This document shows positions 18,939-29,163 of a stretch of 64,000 bases of DNA, piece after piece (positions within the stretch are counted from its first letter, which is position 1; the number at the start of each line of letters is the position of its first letter). Under the pieces are notes generated by a model. The model ran no database searches. It had not been told where the DNA came from and was given only the letters and a program-made list of their open reading frames with translations. The stretch comes from Nitrospirota bacterium (GTDB lineage: Bacteria > Nitrospirota > UBA9217). The translations under genes and the position numbers were made by a program. The stretch covers positions 1-64,000 of the forward strand of contig CAWJQQ010000007.1 of assembly GCA_963845065.1 (NCBI GenBank). The letters run 5' to 3'.

Positions 18939-19289
18939 ATGAAATTAATCGTCAACTATTGGAGGACGACATCCGGGAAATCGCCTGTTGAAAAATACAT
19001 TAATGAGATAGACAGCGAAGAGGAGCAAGCCGAATTGGTTTCTCGATTAAACGGCGTGCAGGAAAGCGGCACTGATGCTATAGGTGTTGAGTTTCGACAA
19101 ATTGGAGGTAAGTTGTGGGAATTAAAGATTCAGGTGCATGGTCATAAACACAGAATATTTTATGTAGTGCTCACTGGCAATGTAATGGTGCTTCTTCACG
19201 CCTTCTTGAAGAAGACACCAAAGACGCCACAGAAAGAAATTGAAGTCGCCAAAGAACGAATGAAGACAGTCATCGGAGGTATCAAATGA
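18939..19289 (+). CDS. RelE/HigB (Gp49-like) toxin
   Basis: SGKSPVEKYI, KLWELKI, HRIFY, LLHAFLKKTPKTP..EIEVAKER. Confidence 0.88.
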   Translation: MKLIVNYWRTTSGKSPVEKYINEIDSEEEQAELVSRLNGVQESGTDAIGVEFRQIGGKLWELKIQVHGHKHRIFYVVLTGNVMVLLHAFLKKTPKTPQKEIEVAKERMKTVIGGIK

Positions 19290-19567
19290 AGAGTGATCTT
19301 GACAAACACATCGAAAAGCTGCGGAAAAAAGAAACCTTCCGTTTATATTATGATCGCGCCGAGGCTAAGAGGCGAATTGCCCAGGAAATAACGACGCTCA
19401 GAAAAACCTACAACCTGACTCAAACCGAACTTGCGGAACGAATGCATACCAAACAGCAGGTCGTGTCGCGCTTAGAAAATCCTGCTGATAGACGCATACC
19501 CTCATTTGACTTGCTGGAACGAGTAGCAAGTGCTTTCAACAAAAAGCTCATTATCGCTATAGAATGA
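19286..19567 (+). CDS. XRE-HTH antitoxin (HigA-like)
   Basis: LTQTELAERMHTKQQVVSRLE; ATGA coupling to the toxin. Confidence 0.88.
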   Translation: MKSDLDKHIEKLRKKETFRLYYDRAEAKRRIAQEITTLRKTYNLTQTELAERMHTKQQVVSRLENPADRRIPSFDLLERVASAFNKKLIIAIE

Positions 19568-19635
19568 ATTGTTCCAGTGCGGGCGTTCTATCGGAGGAAG
19601 ACTTAGCTAAAACCGGAGAAACAATTAAACTCCAA

Positions 19636-19884
19636 TTAGACATTTTTTGATAATAATTCCGGTTCACCCAACCGCAACCTCCACTCTGGTAACGTAAACT
19701 TCTTCGTGCATACGCGTCTGAATCTCTTTGGGGATGCAGTCTCGAAAAACAACTCAAGGGCCTTTTGAAGATTCAGGCGGGCCTCTTCAATAGTATCGCC
19801 CTGGCTTGCAATATCAAACTCTAGGCAGAGAGATACGTATCCGCCCTCTTCACGCTCAATGATTGCTGTAAGCTGTTTTATCAT
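19636..19884 (-). CDS. HicB-family antitoxin (3' end probably degenerate)
   Basis: LTAIIEREEGGYVSLCLEFDIASQGDTIEEARLNL. Confidence 0.75.
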   Translation of the reverse strand: MIKQLTAIIEREEGGYVSLCLEFDIASQGDTIEEARLNLQKALELFFETASPKRFRRVCTKKFTLPEWRLRLGEPELLSKNV

Positions 19885-20060
19885 GGTTTCGGCTCCAATT
19901 CAGAAGATTTATGTTCATTTTAACTGGACGCATTATACATTATTTCTCAACAATTTCACGAATCATTGCTGACACAGCTAAAAAAGAGCCACTCGGTTGC
20001 AAATCTTGAGTATCAAAACTATCTTATGAGCCTTGAGACGACCGACAAAGTGTGGTGAGT

Positions 20061-20102
20061 GTTGCGAAATCAGCGTAGGACGCGATCCTGGGAAAGAAGT
20101 AA
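20061..20102 (+). repeat. HU-gene 3'-end repeat, copy 2
   Basis: GTTGCGAAATCAGCGTAGGACGCGATCCTGGGAAAGAAGTAA. Confidence 0.8.
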
Positions 20103-20123
20103 TGCTCGCTAGGCGGAGGGAAA

Positions 20124-20360
20124 ATGATCATAGTAATCCCAGACGATATTTTCATGGCGATCAGGATGTCAGAAGATGAACTCAAACAGGAGCTCGCCAT
20201 AATCCTCTTCCAAAAAGACAAGCTGACACTCGGGCAGGCCAGCACCCTGGCCGGAATGGACCAACTCCGATTTCAGCACCTTCTTGCAAGCAGGAAGATT
20301 CCGGTTCACTATGACACAGCGGAGCTTGAAAAAGACCTGAAGACATTGGGGGAAAAGTAA
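20124..20360 (+). CDS. UPF0175-family antitoxin
   Basis: ELKQELAIILFQKDKLTLGQASTLAGMDQLRFQHLLASRKIP. Confidence 0.85.
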   Translation: MIIVIPDDIFMAIRMSEDELKQELAIILFQKDKLTLGQASTLAGMDQLRFQHLLASRKIPVHYDTAELEKDLKTLGEK

Positions 20361-20445
20361 GAAGAGACACCATTATGAAGACTGCAACAGCTCAATCATG
20401 GAACTCGAGCAGGGCGCTGGTATGAAACATAAACTTATTGACAAT

Positions 20446-20515
20446 ATCCCGGTGAAAGATTGTGAAGTCCCATGTTGCGAGGGCAGCGAAGGACGCGATC
20501 CTGGGGAAAAAGTGA
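20446..20515 (+). repeat. HU-gene 3'-end repeat, copy 3 (longest)
   Basis: IPVK..VKSHVARAAKDAILGKK*, a degenerate form of HU-type IPAKRVVKFRVAKAAKDAILG. Confidence 0.8.
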
Positions 20516-20759
20516 AAATACTGTATCGCGCAAAATAAGCTATAGCAAAGAGGATAAAAGCTATTTGGTTGAGTTTCCCGATTTGAAGGGTTGCCTTAGC
20601 GAAGGGGCTACTTTGGATGATGCATTGAAAAATGCTAAGGATGCCCTCTCCGGCTATTTGGCATCGATCCTCGAGAGAGGATATGTTATTCCCAAGGCGG
20701 TGAAGTCAAAAGGGAAAAATATTTACTTTGTCGAACCCGAGCCGGTCATAATATTTCTT
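20512..20759 (+). pseudogene. HicB-family antitoxin, frameshifted near its start and truncated by repeat copy 4
   Basis: YLVEFPDLKGCLSEGATLDDALKNAKDAL; GTG start overlaps the repeat's TGA. Confidence 0.7.
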
Positions 20760-20801
20760 GTTGCGAAAGCAGCGAAGGACGTGAGCCTGGGAAAAAAGTA
20801 A
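20760..20801 (+). repeat. HU-gene 3'-end repeat, copy 4
   Basis: GTTGCGAAAGCAGCGAAGGACGTGAGCCTGGGAAAAAAGTAA = VAKAAKDVSLGKK*. Confidence 0.8.
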
Positions 20802-20813
20802 AAAAACATCATT

Positions 20814-20975
20814 ATGAAGACTGTAACAGCAAAACGAGTTCCGGCTCCATTTATCGGCAATTCTGGCGAGCGTCATGAAGGGTAATGAGGTAATCATTAC
20901 GATGCGCGGGGAGCTAATTGCGAAGATAGTTCCTATCAAACAAAAGGAAAAAAGATATCGTGCAGTTGAATAAAA
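20814..20975 (+). pseudogene. Phd/YefM antitoxin remnant
   Basis: MKTVTA.. then, in a shifted frame, EFRLHLSAILASVMKGNEVIITMRGELIAKIVP. Confidence 0.6.
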
Positions 20976-21155
20976 ATATACCTATAAAGAATATCTTACT
21001 TGGTCCGATAAGAATTTTCGCGGGACTGCCAAAGATTGACTCAAGGATGTTTTGCGAGATCATGAGTGGTTACTAAACTATCCATAATGATAAGTCAAGT
21101 ACTCACTTAGATTAGCAATAATAAAGGACGTCCCATTCCAAACCAACCGACGAAT

Positions 21156-21356
21156 TTATTTGTGACCGGCAACACGTTCTTCCTTACGGCGCAATGGCTT
21201 AGTTTTAAGCCCGTATTTCAACTTAAACGCAGCAGCTTTCTCTCGTATATACAGCAGTTTGTCATGCACACTCATGGTAGCTGTCTCTTCATGCATTTTT
21301 TCCCTTATCTCATGGATTTCCTCCATCGCTTTTGGTTCTTTAGCTCTCATTATCAA
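21156..21356 (-). CDS. Small hypothetical protein (TA-associated type)
   Basis: Good RBS (GAGGAGG); EEIHEIREKMHEET. Confidence 0.55.
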   Translation of the reverse strand: MIMRAKEPKAMEEIHEIREKMHEETATMSVHDKLLYIREKAAAFKLKYGLKTKPLRRKEERVAGHK

Positions 21357-21589
21357 TTACCTCCTCAGGCGTGCAGAGCTCAATTTCCTTATAACCATAA
21401 ATCCTATTGATGCCGTTTATTTCCATCCTGGTTTTCAATTTCACGATATGTTTCATATTCCAGCTTACGACCACATCCATATCATGCGCAACAGCATATG
21501 CGATATGAAGGACATCGTTTTCATATTTGGAAGGGACGATGTTTGTGATAGATATTTGTCCGACAACTCCTCAACATTTCCATCCATCT

Positions 21590-21734
21590 CCAGTTGGTTC
21601 GGCACTGACAATGTAGCGATATGTCCTGGCTTGGTCAGAATGATATGACTACTGCGTTGGCGAGCGACTTCCCAGCCGAGTTTCTTGAAAGCCTTGACAA
21701 CATCCCAAGGTCTCAAGACTGGGATAGGCGGCAT
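21590..21734 (-). pseudogene. HicA toxin, truncated
   Basis: VVKAFKKLGWEVARQRSSHIILTKPGHIATLSVP, then diverges. Confidence 0.7.
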
Positions 21735-21940
21735 TACACAAGGACCTCAATTTGGCGGGTTGTTACGGTTAAAGGCATCCCCTTCTCTGCCCTAACTTCT
21801 AAACACTCTTTTATAGCCTCGTGGATGTTTTTCTCAGCCTCTTGTTCTGTAGCGCCTTGACTAACACAACCGGGTATAGAAGGACACTCGGCTATATACA
21901 TCCCGTCCTCATCTTGATTTATCGTAATAACGAACCTCAT
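21734..21940 (-). CDS. HicB-family antitoxin
   Basis: DEDGMYIAECPSIPGCVSQGATEQEAEKNIHEAI. Confidence 0.85.
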   Translation of the reverse strand: MRFVITINQDEDGMYIAECPSIPGCVSQGATEQEAEKNIHEAIKECLEVRAEKGMPLTVTTRQIEVLV

Positions 21941-22905
21941 GCTCCCTCCCTCTAACTAATGCAACCCTTAACTTAATGGCTTCTAACTCAAACAACCTTT
22001 AACAACTCAGTCCAAAACCCATTTAGCTCACTTATATCATATATCAACTTACTTAATATGATAATTTTACTCTCATATCCATCCAAAATCAATCGCAATT
22101 ATCTAAACAACCTATAACGTTTACAATGGTCGAACGTCTGATCATCCATGGAGAAAATCCTATAAAGCCATCAAAAAGGCTGTTTGAGGGGGATGGCTAG
22201 GATGGCTGTGTCGTAGAAAACTCAAATACGACGATTCTACGAAGCCGATTTTGTCAGGAGGACGATCTAAACACCTATAGGACACCAAAATGGTCTGTCC
22301 GGAGAGAAGCTCTCCTCCTATTCACGGGACACATGAACAAACTGCACCAGCTCTATAACCAAGACATGTATATCTTAGAAAGAAGAGGGCATTTCTATTT
22401 TGACAAATCATTCAAGAAGTACTTGACAACAATAAACCAGTTTATAAGTTGCAATGACTGATACCTAAAATTGACACAAGAAGTTTTTTTATTTCTTTGC
22501 CAAGTGTCTACGCTTTACTGTTCTTGGAAAAAGCCCCCGGTTTCCCAGGGGCCAGATCGTTACTTGACCTTAAATAAGTTGACTGCTTCATTCCCGTTTT
22601 CTGCTTCGATGATCGCCGCTTTTTTCGGTACGTCCACAAGATCAGCCGGGCCGCGCACCGCCCGAGCGTGATAAAGTCATCCATCGTTCCATACTGTGTA
22701 TTGCATGATAGTCTCCTAATTTTTTTATTGACTCGTTATCTCGTTTCCTGTAAATTGGCGTGTGTCACTTGCTGTGTTAGTAGAGCGGTTAAATACGGTT
22801 AAATTGAGGAAAAGACAGGTAATCACCCGTAACGGTGACATGCAAAAAGGGTAATAAAATCCAATAAAAGGTGTTGGTGGGTAGCGGTTGCGGGGTATAG
22901 GATGT

Positions 22906-22953
22906 ACCTTGCCAAGGTTGGGGTCACGGGTTCGAATCCCGCCACCCGCTCCA
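22906..22953 (+). other. 3' fragment of tRNA-Gly(GCC); probable att site at the island boundary
   Basis: Anticodon arm ACCTTGCCAAGGT, T arm and CCA are present; no matching 5' acceptor strand or D arm upstream. Confidence 0.75.
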
Positions 22954-22968
22954 TAGCTTTTCGTGAGG

Positions 22969-23027
22969 AAGTTAAAAGTTAAAAGTTACGGTAACAGAGT
23001 ATACAACTTTTAGCTTTTAACTTTTTT
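22969..23027 (+). terminator. Long hairpin with T-tract between the tRNA sequences
   Basis: AAGTTAAAAGTTAAAAGTT ... AACTTTTAGCTTTTAACTT followed by T run. Confidence 0.4.
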
Positions 23028-23035
23028 GTTTTCAG

Positions 23036-23111
23036 GGCGGCGTAGCCAAGTGGCTAAGGCAGAGGTCTGCAAAACCTTCATTCATCGGTTCAAATCCGAT
23101 CGCCGCCTCCA
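23036..23111 (+). tRNA. tRNA-Cys(GCA)
   Basis: Acceptor stem GGCGGCG/CGCCGCC, anticodon loop CTGCAAA, GGTTCAAATCC, CCA end. Confidence 0.95.
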
Positions 23112-23263
23112 TTTTTTGATATAAATTAAAACAGATTCGTACAGTCCCAGGCGGACATTTATTACTTCCGAAGATTTATTTTTTGTCCCAGCTGGTTTTT
23201 TTCTATATTACCGGTGTCCACCCGTGTTCATCTTTTGCTACAATTTTCCCAGGTCTTAATCTT

Positions 23264-26200
23264 ATGCATCATGCCGATTTCGTCCACCTTCATCTCCACA
23301 CCGAATACAGCCTGTTAGACGGGGCTATCAGCCTCGACAATCTCATAAAAAAAGCCATTGATCTTAAGATGCCCGCTGTCGCCGTCACAGACCACGGCAA
23401 CTTGTTCTCAGCCCTCGATTTTTATCTGAAAGCCATGAAAGCCGGCATCAAGCCGATCATCGGGTGCGAGATCTATGTTGCCCCTGGATCACGATTCGAC
23501 AAATCGGCGCGTGCAGGCCAGAATGAGGAAGCCTCCTACCACCTCATCCTTCTGGCACGGAGCAAGGAAGGGTATAAGAACCTTGTAAAACTTGTGACGT
23601 CGGCCTATCTCGAAGGTTTTTATTATAAACCGCGGATTGACAAGGAACTTCTCAAGAAGCACAGCGAAGGGCTTATCGGCCTCTCGGCCTGTCTCGGAGG
23701 TGAGATCCCTTCCCTGCTTATCCAAAACCGGTACGAAGACGCGAAAAAGGTTGCCTTAGAATATGAACAGATTTTTGGCAAGGACAACTTCTACCTGGAA
23801 CTTCAGGACAATGGGATCCCGGAGCAGGAGTTGGTGAACCGCGAGCTCTTGAAGTTGACCAAGGACTCGGGCATACCGGTTGTTGCGACCAATGATTGTC
23901 ATTATCTTGAAATGGAAGACCACAAGGCCCATGACGCCTTGCTGTGTATCCAAACCGGCAAGACTGTAAAGGATGTAAACCGTCTCAGGTTCTCTTCAGA
24001 AACCTTTTATATGAAAACTCCTGAGGAGATGAAAAAAGCCTTTGCCTATATCCCCGAAGCAATAACGAATACGGTCAAAATTGCCGAACGATGCAACTTG
24101 GAGCTTGAACTCGGCAAATATCATCTTCCACATTTCCCTGTTCCTGAAGGATACACCAGGGAAACCTTTATGGCCGAACTTGCCCGGAATGGCCTCGATG
24201 AGCGTTTTGTTGAGATTGAAGCTGTGCGCGGTACGGGCAGTATCGACAAAAAGACCTATCGCGACAGGCTCGAGTTCGAAATTCAGATGATCGACAAGAT
24301 GGGTTTTGCAGGCTACTTCCTCATCGTCTCTGACTTCATCCGTTATGCAAAAGAACATGGCATACCCGTCGGTCCCGGCCGCGGTTCCGCTGCCGGCAGC
24401 CTCGTAGCGTATTCTCTCCGTATCACGGACCTCGATCCCCTGCCCTATAACCTGCTGTTCGAACGTTTTTTAAACCCTGAACGCATCAGTATGCCTGATA
24501 TCGACGTGGACTTCTGCCAGGATCGACGCGACGAGGTATTGAAATACGTCACAGAAAAGTATGGCCAGGATCACGTGACACAGATCATCACCTACGGTAC
24601 CATGTTGGCAAAAGGTGTTATCCGCGATGTGGGCAGGGTCCTCGACATCCCCTATGCCGAATGCGACAGAATGGCAAAGCTGATACCGAACAAGCTGAAT
24701 ATCACGTTGAAAGAGTCCCTTGAGCAGGAGCCAAAACTAAAAGAAGCCATGAAGAAGGACGCCCGAATGGCCGAGCTCATGGAGATTGCACTTTTACTAG
24801 AGGGCCAGGTACGACATGCGTCGAAGCATGCGGCGGGCGTGGTCATATCACAGGAACCGCTGACTGAGTACCTGCCGCTCTTTAAAACACCAAAGGACGA
24901 GATCACAACCCAGTTTGATATGAAGGGTGTGGAGAAGATCGGTCTAGTGAAGTTCGACTTTCTCGGCCTCCGAAACCTCACTGTCATTCGTAAAGCCGAG
25001 GAAACGATCACTGTACGTCTTCAGAGAGCCCCCCTTGAAAAAACCGAGCCATTCTCCATATCACGCATCCCTTTGGACGACGCAAAGACATATGAACTCC
25101 TCGGTCGCGGCGAGACTGCAGGCATCTTCCAGCTCGAATCATCAGGTATGCGAGATATTGTCATCAAGCTGAAGCCAAGTGTCTTTGAGGACCTGATCGC
25201 TTTGGTGGCCCTCTACCGTCCCGGCCCACTCGGAAGCGGAATGGTCGACGACTTCATCAAGCGCAAGAAAGGTTCCACGAAGATTACCTACGAACTTCCC
25301 CAGCTCGAACCAATCCTGAAGGACACTTATGGTGTCATCGTTTACCAGGAACAGGTCATGCAGATATCCCGTACTCTAGCTGGTTATTCTCTAGGCGGCG
25401 CGGACCTCCTTCGTCGCGCAATGGGAAAGAAGGATCCCGAGGTCATGGCAAAGGAGAAAGTGCCCTTTCTCAAGGGTGCGGAAAAATTGGGCATCGACCT
25501 AAAGAAGGCCGGAGCTATTTTTGACCTTATGGCCAAGTTTGCGGAGTACGGATTTAACAAGTCCCACAGTGCAGCTTACGCTCTTATTACTTATCAGACT
25601 GCCTATCTCAAGGCGCATTACCCAGTCGAATATATGTCAGCCTTACTAACGAGCGAAGTCCAGGACACAGACAAGGTCGTGAAATACATCTACGAATCCA
25701 GGCAGATGGGCATCAATATTCTGCCACCTGATGTCAACGAAAGCCGATGGGATTTTACAGTTGTCGAGGCTCATGACCGGGACAACATCGAACCGGGTAG
25801 CACCATCGGTTCCGTCCGTTTCGGCCTTGCTGCGGTAAAAAACGTGGGGATATCTGCCATCGAGGCCATGATCGAAGCGCGGGAAACCAAAGGGGCTTTT
25901 ACCTCACTTGCCGATTTCTGTAGAAAGGTGGACCAGCGCAGGGTGAACCGACGCGTTATTGAAGCTTTGATCAAGTGTGGAGCATTTGATTTCACCGGAG
26001 CGCGGCGGGCCCAGATGATGGATGCCATCGACATGATGATGGACCAGGCTGCAAAACATCAAGAACAAGAGGCTGTCGGCCAGTTCAGTATCTTCGACTC
26101 CATGACCGACCAGAAGGATCCCGAACTTCCAAACGTGTCTGAGTGGAAAGAGAGCCAGCTTTTGTCTTATGAAAAAGAAAGTATGGGTTTTTATATTTCC

Positions 26201-26782
26201 GGCCATCCTCTTGCTGCGTTCCAGGACGACATAAAACGCTATGCGTCGGCTACGACGGAGACCCTCGACAGCATTCCCGATGGTAAAGAGATAACCATTT
26301 GCGGTATTATCGCCGGGCTAAAGCAAAAGGTCACGAAAAAGGGTGATAAGATGGCCATCCTGAACTTGGAGGATCTCTCGGGCACTGTAGAGACTGTCGT
26401 GTTCCCAGATCTTTATAAAGACGCCTACCATCTGCTATTGACCGATACGCCGCTCCTTGTTGCAGGGCAACTTGATAAAAGCGAGCAGGGCAACAAGATT
26501 AAAGCTCTTCGAATTCATTTGCTTTCAGATATCAAGAAAAAAAGCGTTACACGCCTGGACATTAATCTTTCCTCGACCGGACTGACTCAAGAAGACCTGT
26601 TGAAGGTCAAGGACATACTCCTCCGCTATCAGGGCGATATCCCTGTCTATCTCCGTCTCCAGAACCCTACACGTAAAGACTCTCTTATATCCGTTGGTCG
26701 AGATATCCGTGTGAACCCCAATGATCAGCTCATAAATGAGATAGAGTCCATCCTCGGCGCAGGCGCCGTTTCCCTGGTGTAG
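23264..26782 (+). CDS. dnaE: DNA polymerase III alpha subunit
   Basis: PHP domain FVHLHLHTEYSLLDG, GPGRGSAAGS, MPDIDVDF, FNKSHSAAY. Confidence 0.97.
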   Translation: MHHADFVHLHLHTEYSLLDGAISLDNLIKKAIDLKMPAVAVTDHGNLFSALDFYLKAMKAGIKPIIGCEIYVAPGSRFDKSARAGQNEEASYHLILLARSKEGYKNLVKLVTSAYLEGFYYKPRIDKELLKKHSEGLIGLSACLGGEIPSLLIQNRYEDAKKVALEYEQIFGKDNFYLELQDNGIPEQELVNRELLKLTKDSGIPVVATNDCHYLEMEDHKAHDALLCIQTGKTVKDVNRLRFSSETFYMKTPEEMKKAFAYIPEAITNTVKIAERCNLELELGKYHLPHFPVPEGYTRETFMAELARNGLDERFVEIEAVRGTGSIDKKTYRDRLEFEIQMIDKMGFAGYFLIVSDFIRYAKEHGIPVGPGRGSAAGSLVAYSLRITDLDPLPYNLLFERFLNPERISMPDIDVDFCQDRRDEVLKYVTEKYGQDHVTQIITYGTMLAKGVIRDVGRVLDIPYAECDRMAKLIPNKLNITLKESLEQEPKLKEAMKKDARMAELMEIALLLEGQVRHASKHAAGVVISQEPLTEYLPLFKTPKDEITTQFDMKGVEKIGLVKFDFLGLRNLTVIRKAEETITVRLQRAPLEKTEPFSISRIPLDDAKTYELLGRGETAGIFQLESSGMRDIVIKLKPSVFEDLIALVALYRPGPLGSGMVDDFIKRKKGSTKITYELPQLEPILKDTYGVIVYQEQVMQISRTLAGYSLGGADLLRRAMGKKDPEVMAKEKVPFLKGAEKLGIDLKKAGAIFDLMAKFAEYGFNKSHSAAYALITYQTAYLKAHYPVEYMSALLTSEVQDTDKVVKYIYESRQMGINILPPDVNESRWDFTVVEAHDRDNIEPGSTIGSVRFGLAAVKNVGISAIEAMIEARETKGAFTSLADFCRKVDQRRVNRRVIEALIKCGAFDFTGARRAQMMDAIDMMMDQAAKHQEQEAVGQFSIFDSMTDQKDPELPNVSEWKESQLLSYEKESMGFYISGHPLAAFQDDIKRYASATTETLDSIPDGKEITICGIIAGLKQKVTKKGDKMAILNLEDLSGTVETVVFPDLYKDAYHLLLTDTPLLVAGQLDKSEQGNKIKALRIHLLSDIKKKSVTRLDINLSSTGLTQEDLLKVKDILLRYQGDIPVYLRLQNPTRKDSLISVGRDIRVNPNDQLINEIESILGAGAVSLV

Positions 26783-26997
26783 CGCGAACAGGGTTCACAA
26801 ATGAGATCATCTTTGCTGTATCTCTTTCTTTTTTCCGGCCAGCTCTTCATCTCTGTACTTTAGTAACTGAAGTAACTGATAAGAAAATAGTAGCAGTACG
26901 ATATCCTATAAATATATTGTGCTAAACTCTAATTGATATGGTTAAGGATCGAATATCTTACCCACTTATGTGGGTAAATATCTGAAGGAGGTTTAAG

Positions 26998-28020
26998 ATG
27001 ATAAAAGGCAATGAGCTTGAAGCTACTGCTCGTGCACTCGTGACCAAAGGCAAAGGCCTGCTTGCTGCAGATGAAAGTTTCCCAACGATCCAAAAACGAT
27101 TTGCGGCGCTGAACATAGAATCTTCGGAAGAAAACCGTCGTGCTTATCGTGAAGTGCTTTTTACAACAAACGGTATAGAAGATTTCATCAGCGGTGTAAT
27201 TATGTTCGATGAAACGATCCGCCAGAAGACACGAGAGGGAAAGTCATTTGTCGATCTACTGAGCCGAAAAGGAGTCCTCCCTGGCATCAAAGTTGATAAA
27301 GGGACCATCGATATGCCAGGTTTTCCCGGGGAAAAATTAACAGCCGGTTTGGACGGCCTTCGTGAACGCTTGAAGGAATACGGTGATTTGGGCGCTCGAT
27401 TCACAAAATGGAGGGCCGTCATAACCATCGGCAGTGGCATTCCTACACGAGTAAATATCGATACCAATGCACGTACGCTTGCGCTCTTTGCTGCTCTATC
27501 TCAAGAAGCAGGTATGACGCCGGTTGTCGAACCCGAGGTATTGATGGACGGGGACCATGATATCAAACGATGCGAGGAGACGAGCTTTGCAGTGCTAGAC
27601 AGCGTTTTTTCCGGACTGCGTGAATACCGCGTCCATCTTGAAGGCATGCTGCTCAAGGCAAGCATGGTCCTTCCTGGAAAAAACTCTCCCAATCAGGTTC
27701 AAGCTGCACAGGTCGCAGAAACGACCCTGAGGACACTGCGACGGGTCGTCCCTGCCGCTGTCCCTGGCATCGTGTTTCTTTCTGGAGGTCAGAGCCCTGA
27801 ACAGGCTACGAGACATCTAAATGCAATGAACGCTTTGGGCAATCATCCGTGGGAAATCAGTTTTTCTTTTGCCCGAGCATTACAAGACCCCGTGCTTAAA
27901 ACATGGTTGGGGTCAGCATCCAACGCCGCGGCTGCTCAGAAAAAATTTTATCATCGTGCAAAGTGCAACGGAGAAGCGCGCTACGGCAAATACTCGGAGG
28001 AGGCTGAAAAGACTGTTTGA
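26998..28020 (+). CDS. Class I fructose-bisphosphate aldolase
   Basis: GKGLLAADES, GIKVDKG, KWRAV, VEPEVL, FLSGGQS, SFSFARALQ. Confidence 0.95.
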   Translation: MIKGNELEATARALVTKGKGLLAADESFPTIQKRFAALNIESSEENRRAYREVLFTTNGIEDFISGVIMFDETIRQKTREGKSFVDLLSRKGVLPGIKVDKGTIDMPGFPGEKLTAGLDGLRERLKEYGDLGARFTKWRAVITIGSGIPTRVNIDTNARTLALFAALSQEAGMTPVVEPEVLMDGDHDIKRCEETSFAVLDSVFSGLREYRVHLEGMLLKASMVLPGKNSPNQVQAAQVAETTLRTLRRVVPAAVPGIVFLSGGQSPEQATRHLNAMNALGNHPWEISFSFARALQDPVLKTWLGSASNAAAAQKKFYHRAKCNGEARYGKYSEEAEKTV

Positions 28021-28062
28021 GTGATGCAGTCGAAGGCCTCCTTCCGATGAGGAGGTAATAGT

Positions 28063-28386
28063 ATGGCAGTTTCTGAGATGATAAAAAGGCTGAATGAATC
28101 AATTTCAAAAAGTAAGGTAAAATCTCATGCTGTAGATTTAACTTTTTACGGGCCCGATGCCAAGACGGTTTACGTCGCAGGTGATTTCAATGCATGGAAT
28201 ACAAAGTCTCTTCCCATGAAGAAAGGTTTGGACAATATTTGGAGGCTATCGATCAAACTTCCTATGGGTCGACATGAGTATAAATTCTACGTTGATGGTG
28301 CTTGGGCGCAGCAATTGCCCTGCTCTACCACTGTTTTCAACCCATATGGGACTTATAATTGTGTAATCGGCGCGAGTTATAACTAG
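28063..28386 (+). CDS. Glycogen-binding (CBM48/AMPK-type) domain protein
   Basis: AKTVYVAGDFNAW, GRHEYKFYVDG. Confidence 0.85.
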   Translation: MAVSEMIKRLNESISKSKVKSHAVDLTFYGPDAKTVYVAGDFNAWNTKSLPMKKGLDNIWRLSIKLPMGRHEYKFYVDGAWAQQLPCSTTVFNPYGTYNCVIGASYN

Positions 28387-28657
28387 GGCAATTTTGATTG
28401 CTTAAACAAAGTATCGCAACTCTTATGAAGTGAAGTGTTCTACATAAGTTGTTAAGATGCAGGTGGTATCAATAATGTCATAAGTTGACAGTATTGAGGA
28501 AATGGGATATAGTTTCGTCTGGAGCTGCTAGCCATCTCCCTTTCGCCTTTTCCACTCGAAAATGGTGAAGGTCCGTTTCGAGGAGGGGAGGAAATAGGGA
28601 AATAGCTTCTCATAGATTCATGACCTAATATGCCCAAAATCACGCCGAGGAAAGGTT

Positions 28658-29089
28658 ATGCAATCAATTCAACCGCTGTTACAAGGTTATCCAGTTGTAG
28701 TCGAGTTTCCCGTAGCCTGGGGTGAGATGGACTCATTTCAGCACGTAAACAACGTCGTCTATTTTCGCTATTTCGAAAACGCACGTATCGTTTGTTCCGA
28801 AAAACTAGGTCTTAGCAAATATAAAGAGCAGACCGGCATCGGACCGATTCTCGGTTCTACGAGCTGCAAGTTCAAGTATCCCCTTACCTATCCTGATACG
28901 GTTTCCATCGGAGCAAAAATAGTCAATATCGCAGAGGACAGGTTCATGATGACTTATGTGGTTGTGAGCCATCGACATGAGAAGATCGCCGCAGAAGGTG
29001 AAGCCGTGATCGTAATGTACGATTATCGGGTAGGTAGGAAGACGGCGATCCCCGACGAGTTGCGCCGTAAAATGATGACTTTGGAGTAA
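28658..29089 (+). CDS. Acyl-CoA thioesterase (4HBT/YbgC family)
   Basis: WGEMDSFQHVNNVVYFRYFENAR. Confidence 0.9.
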   Translation: MQSIQPLLQGYPVVVEFPVAWGEMDSFQHVNNVVYFRYFENARIVCSEKLGLSKYKEQTGIGPILGSTSCKFKYPLTYPDTVSIGAKIVNIAEDRFMMTYVVVSHRHEKIAAEGEAVIVMYDYRVGRKTAIPDELRRKMMTLE

Positions 29090-29163
29090 AGATGGAGGGC
29101 ATGATCTTTTCACTCACCTGAGCCCACTCTTCACAAGGAGGGGAGAAAATAAGTAAACATCTC

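Noticed and set aside
18599..20801. CRISPR interpretation of the 33-42 bp direct repeats
   Set aside because: Spacing is 250-1400 bp and irregular, the repeats are non-palindromic and protein-coding, and there are no cas genes
22875..22953. Complete tRNA-Gly gene
   Set aside because: The upstream sequence cannot pair with the acceptor strand CACCCGC or form a D arm
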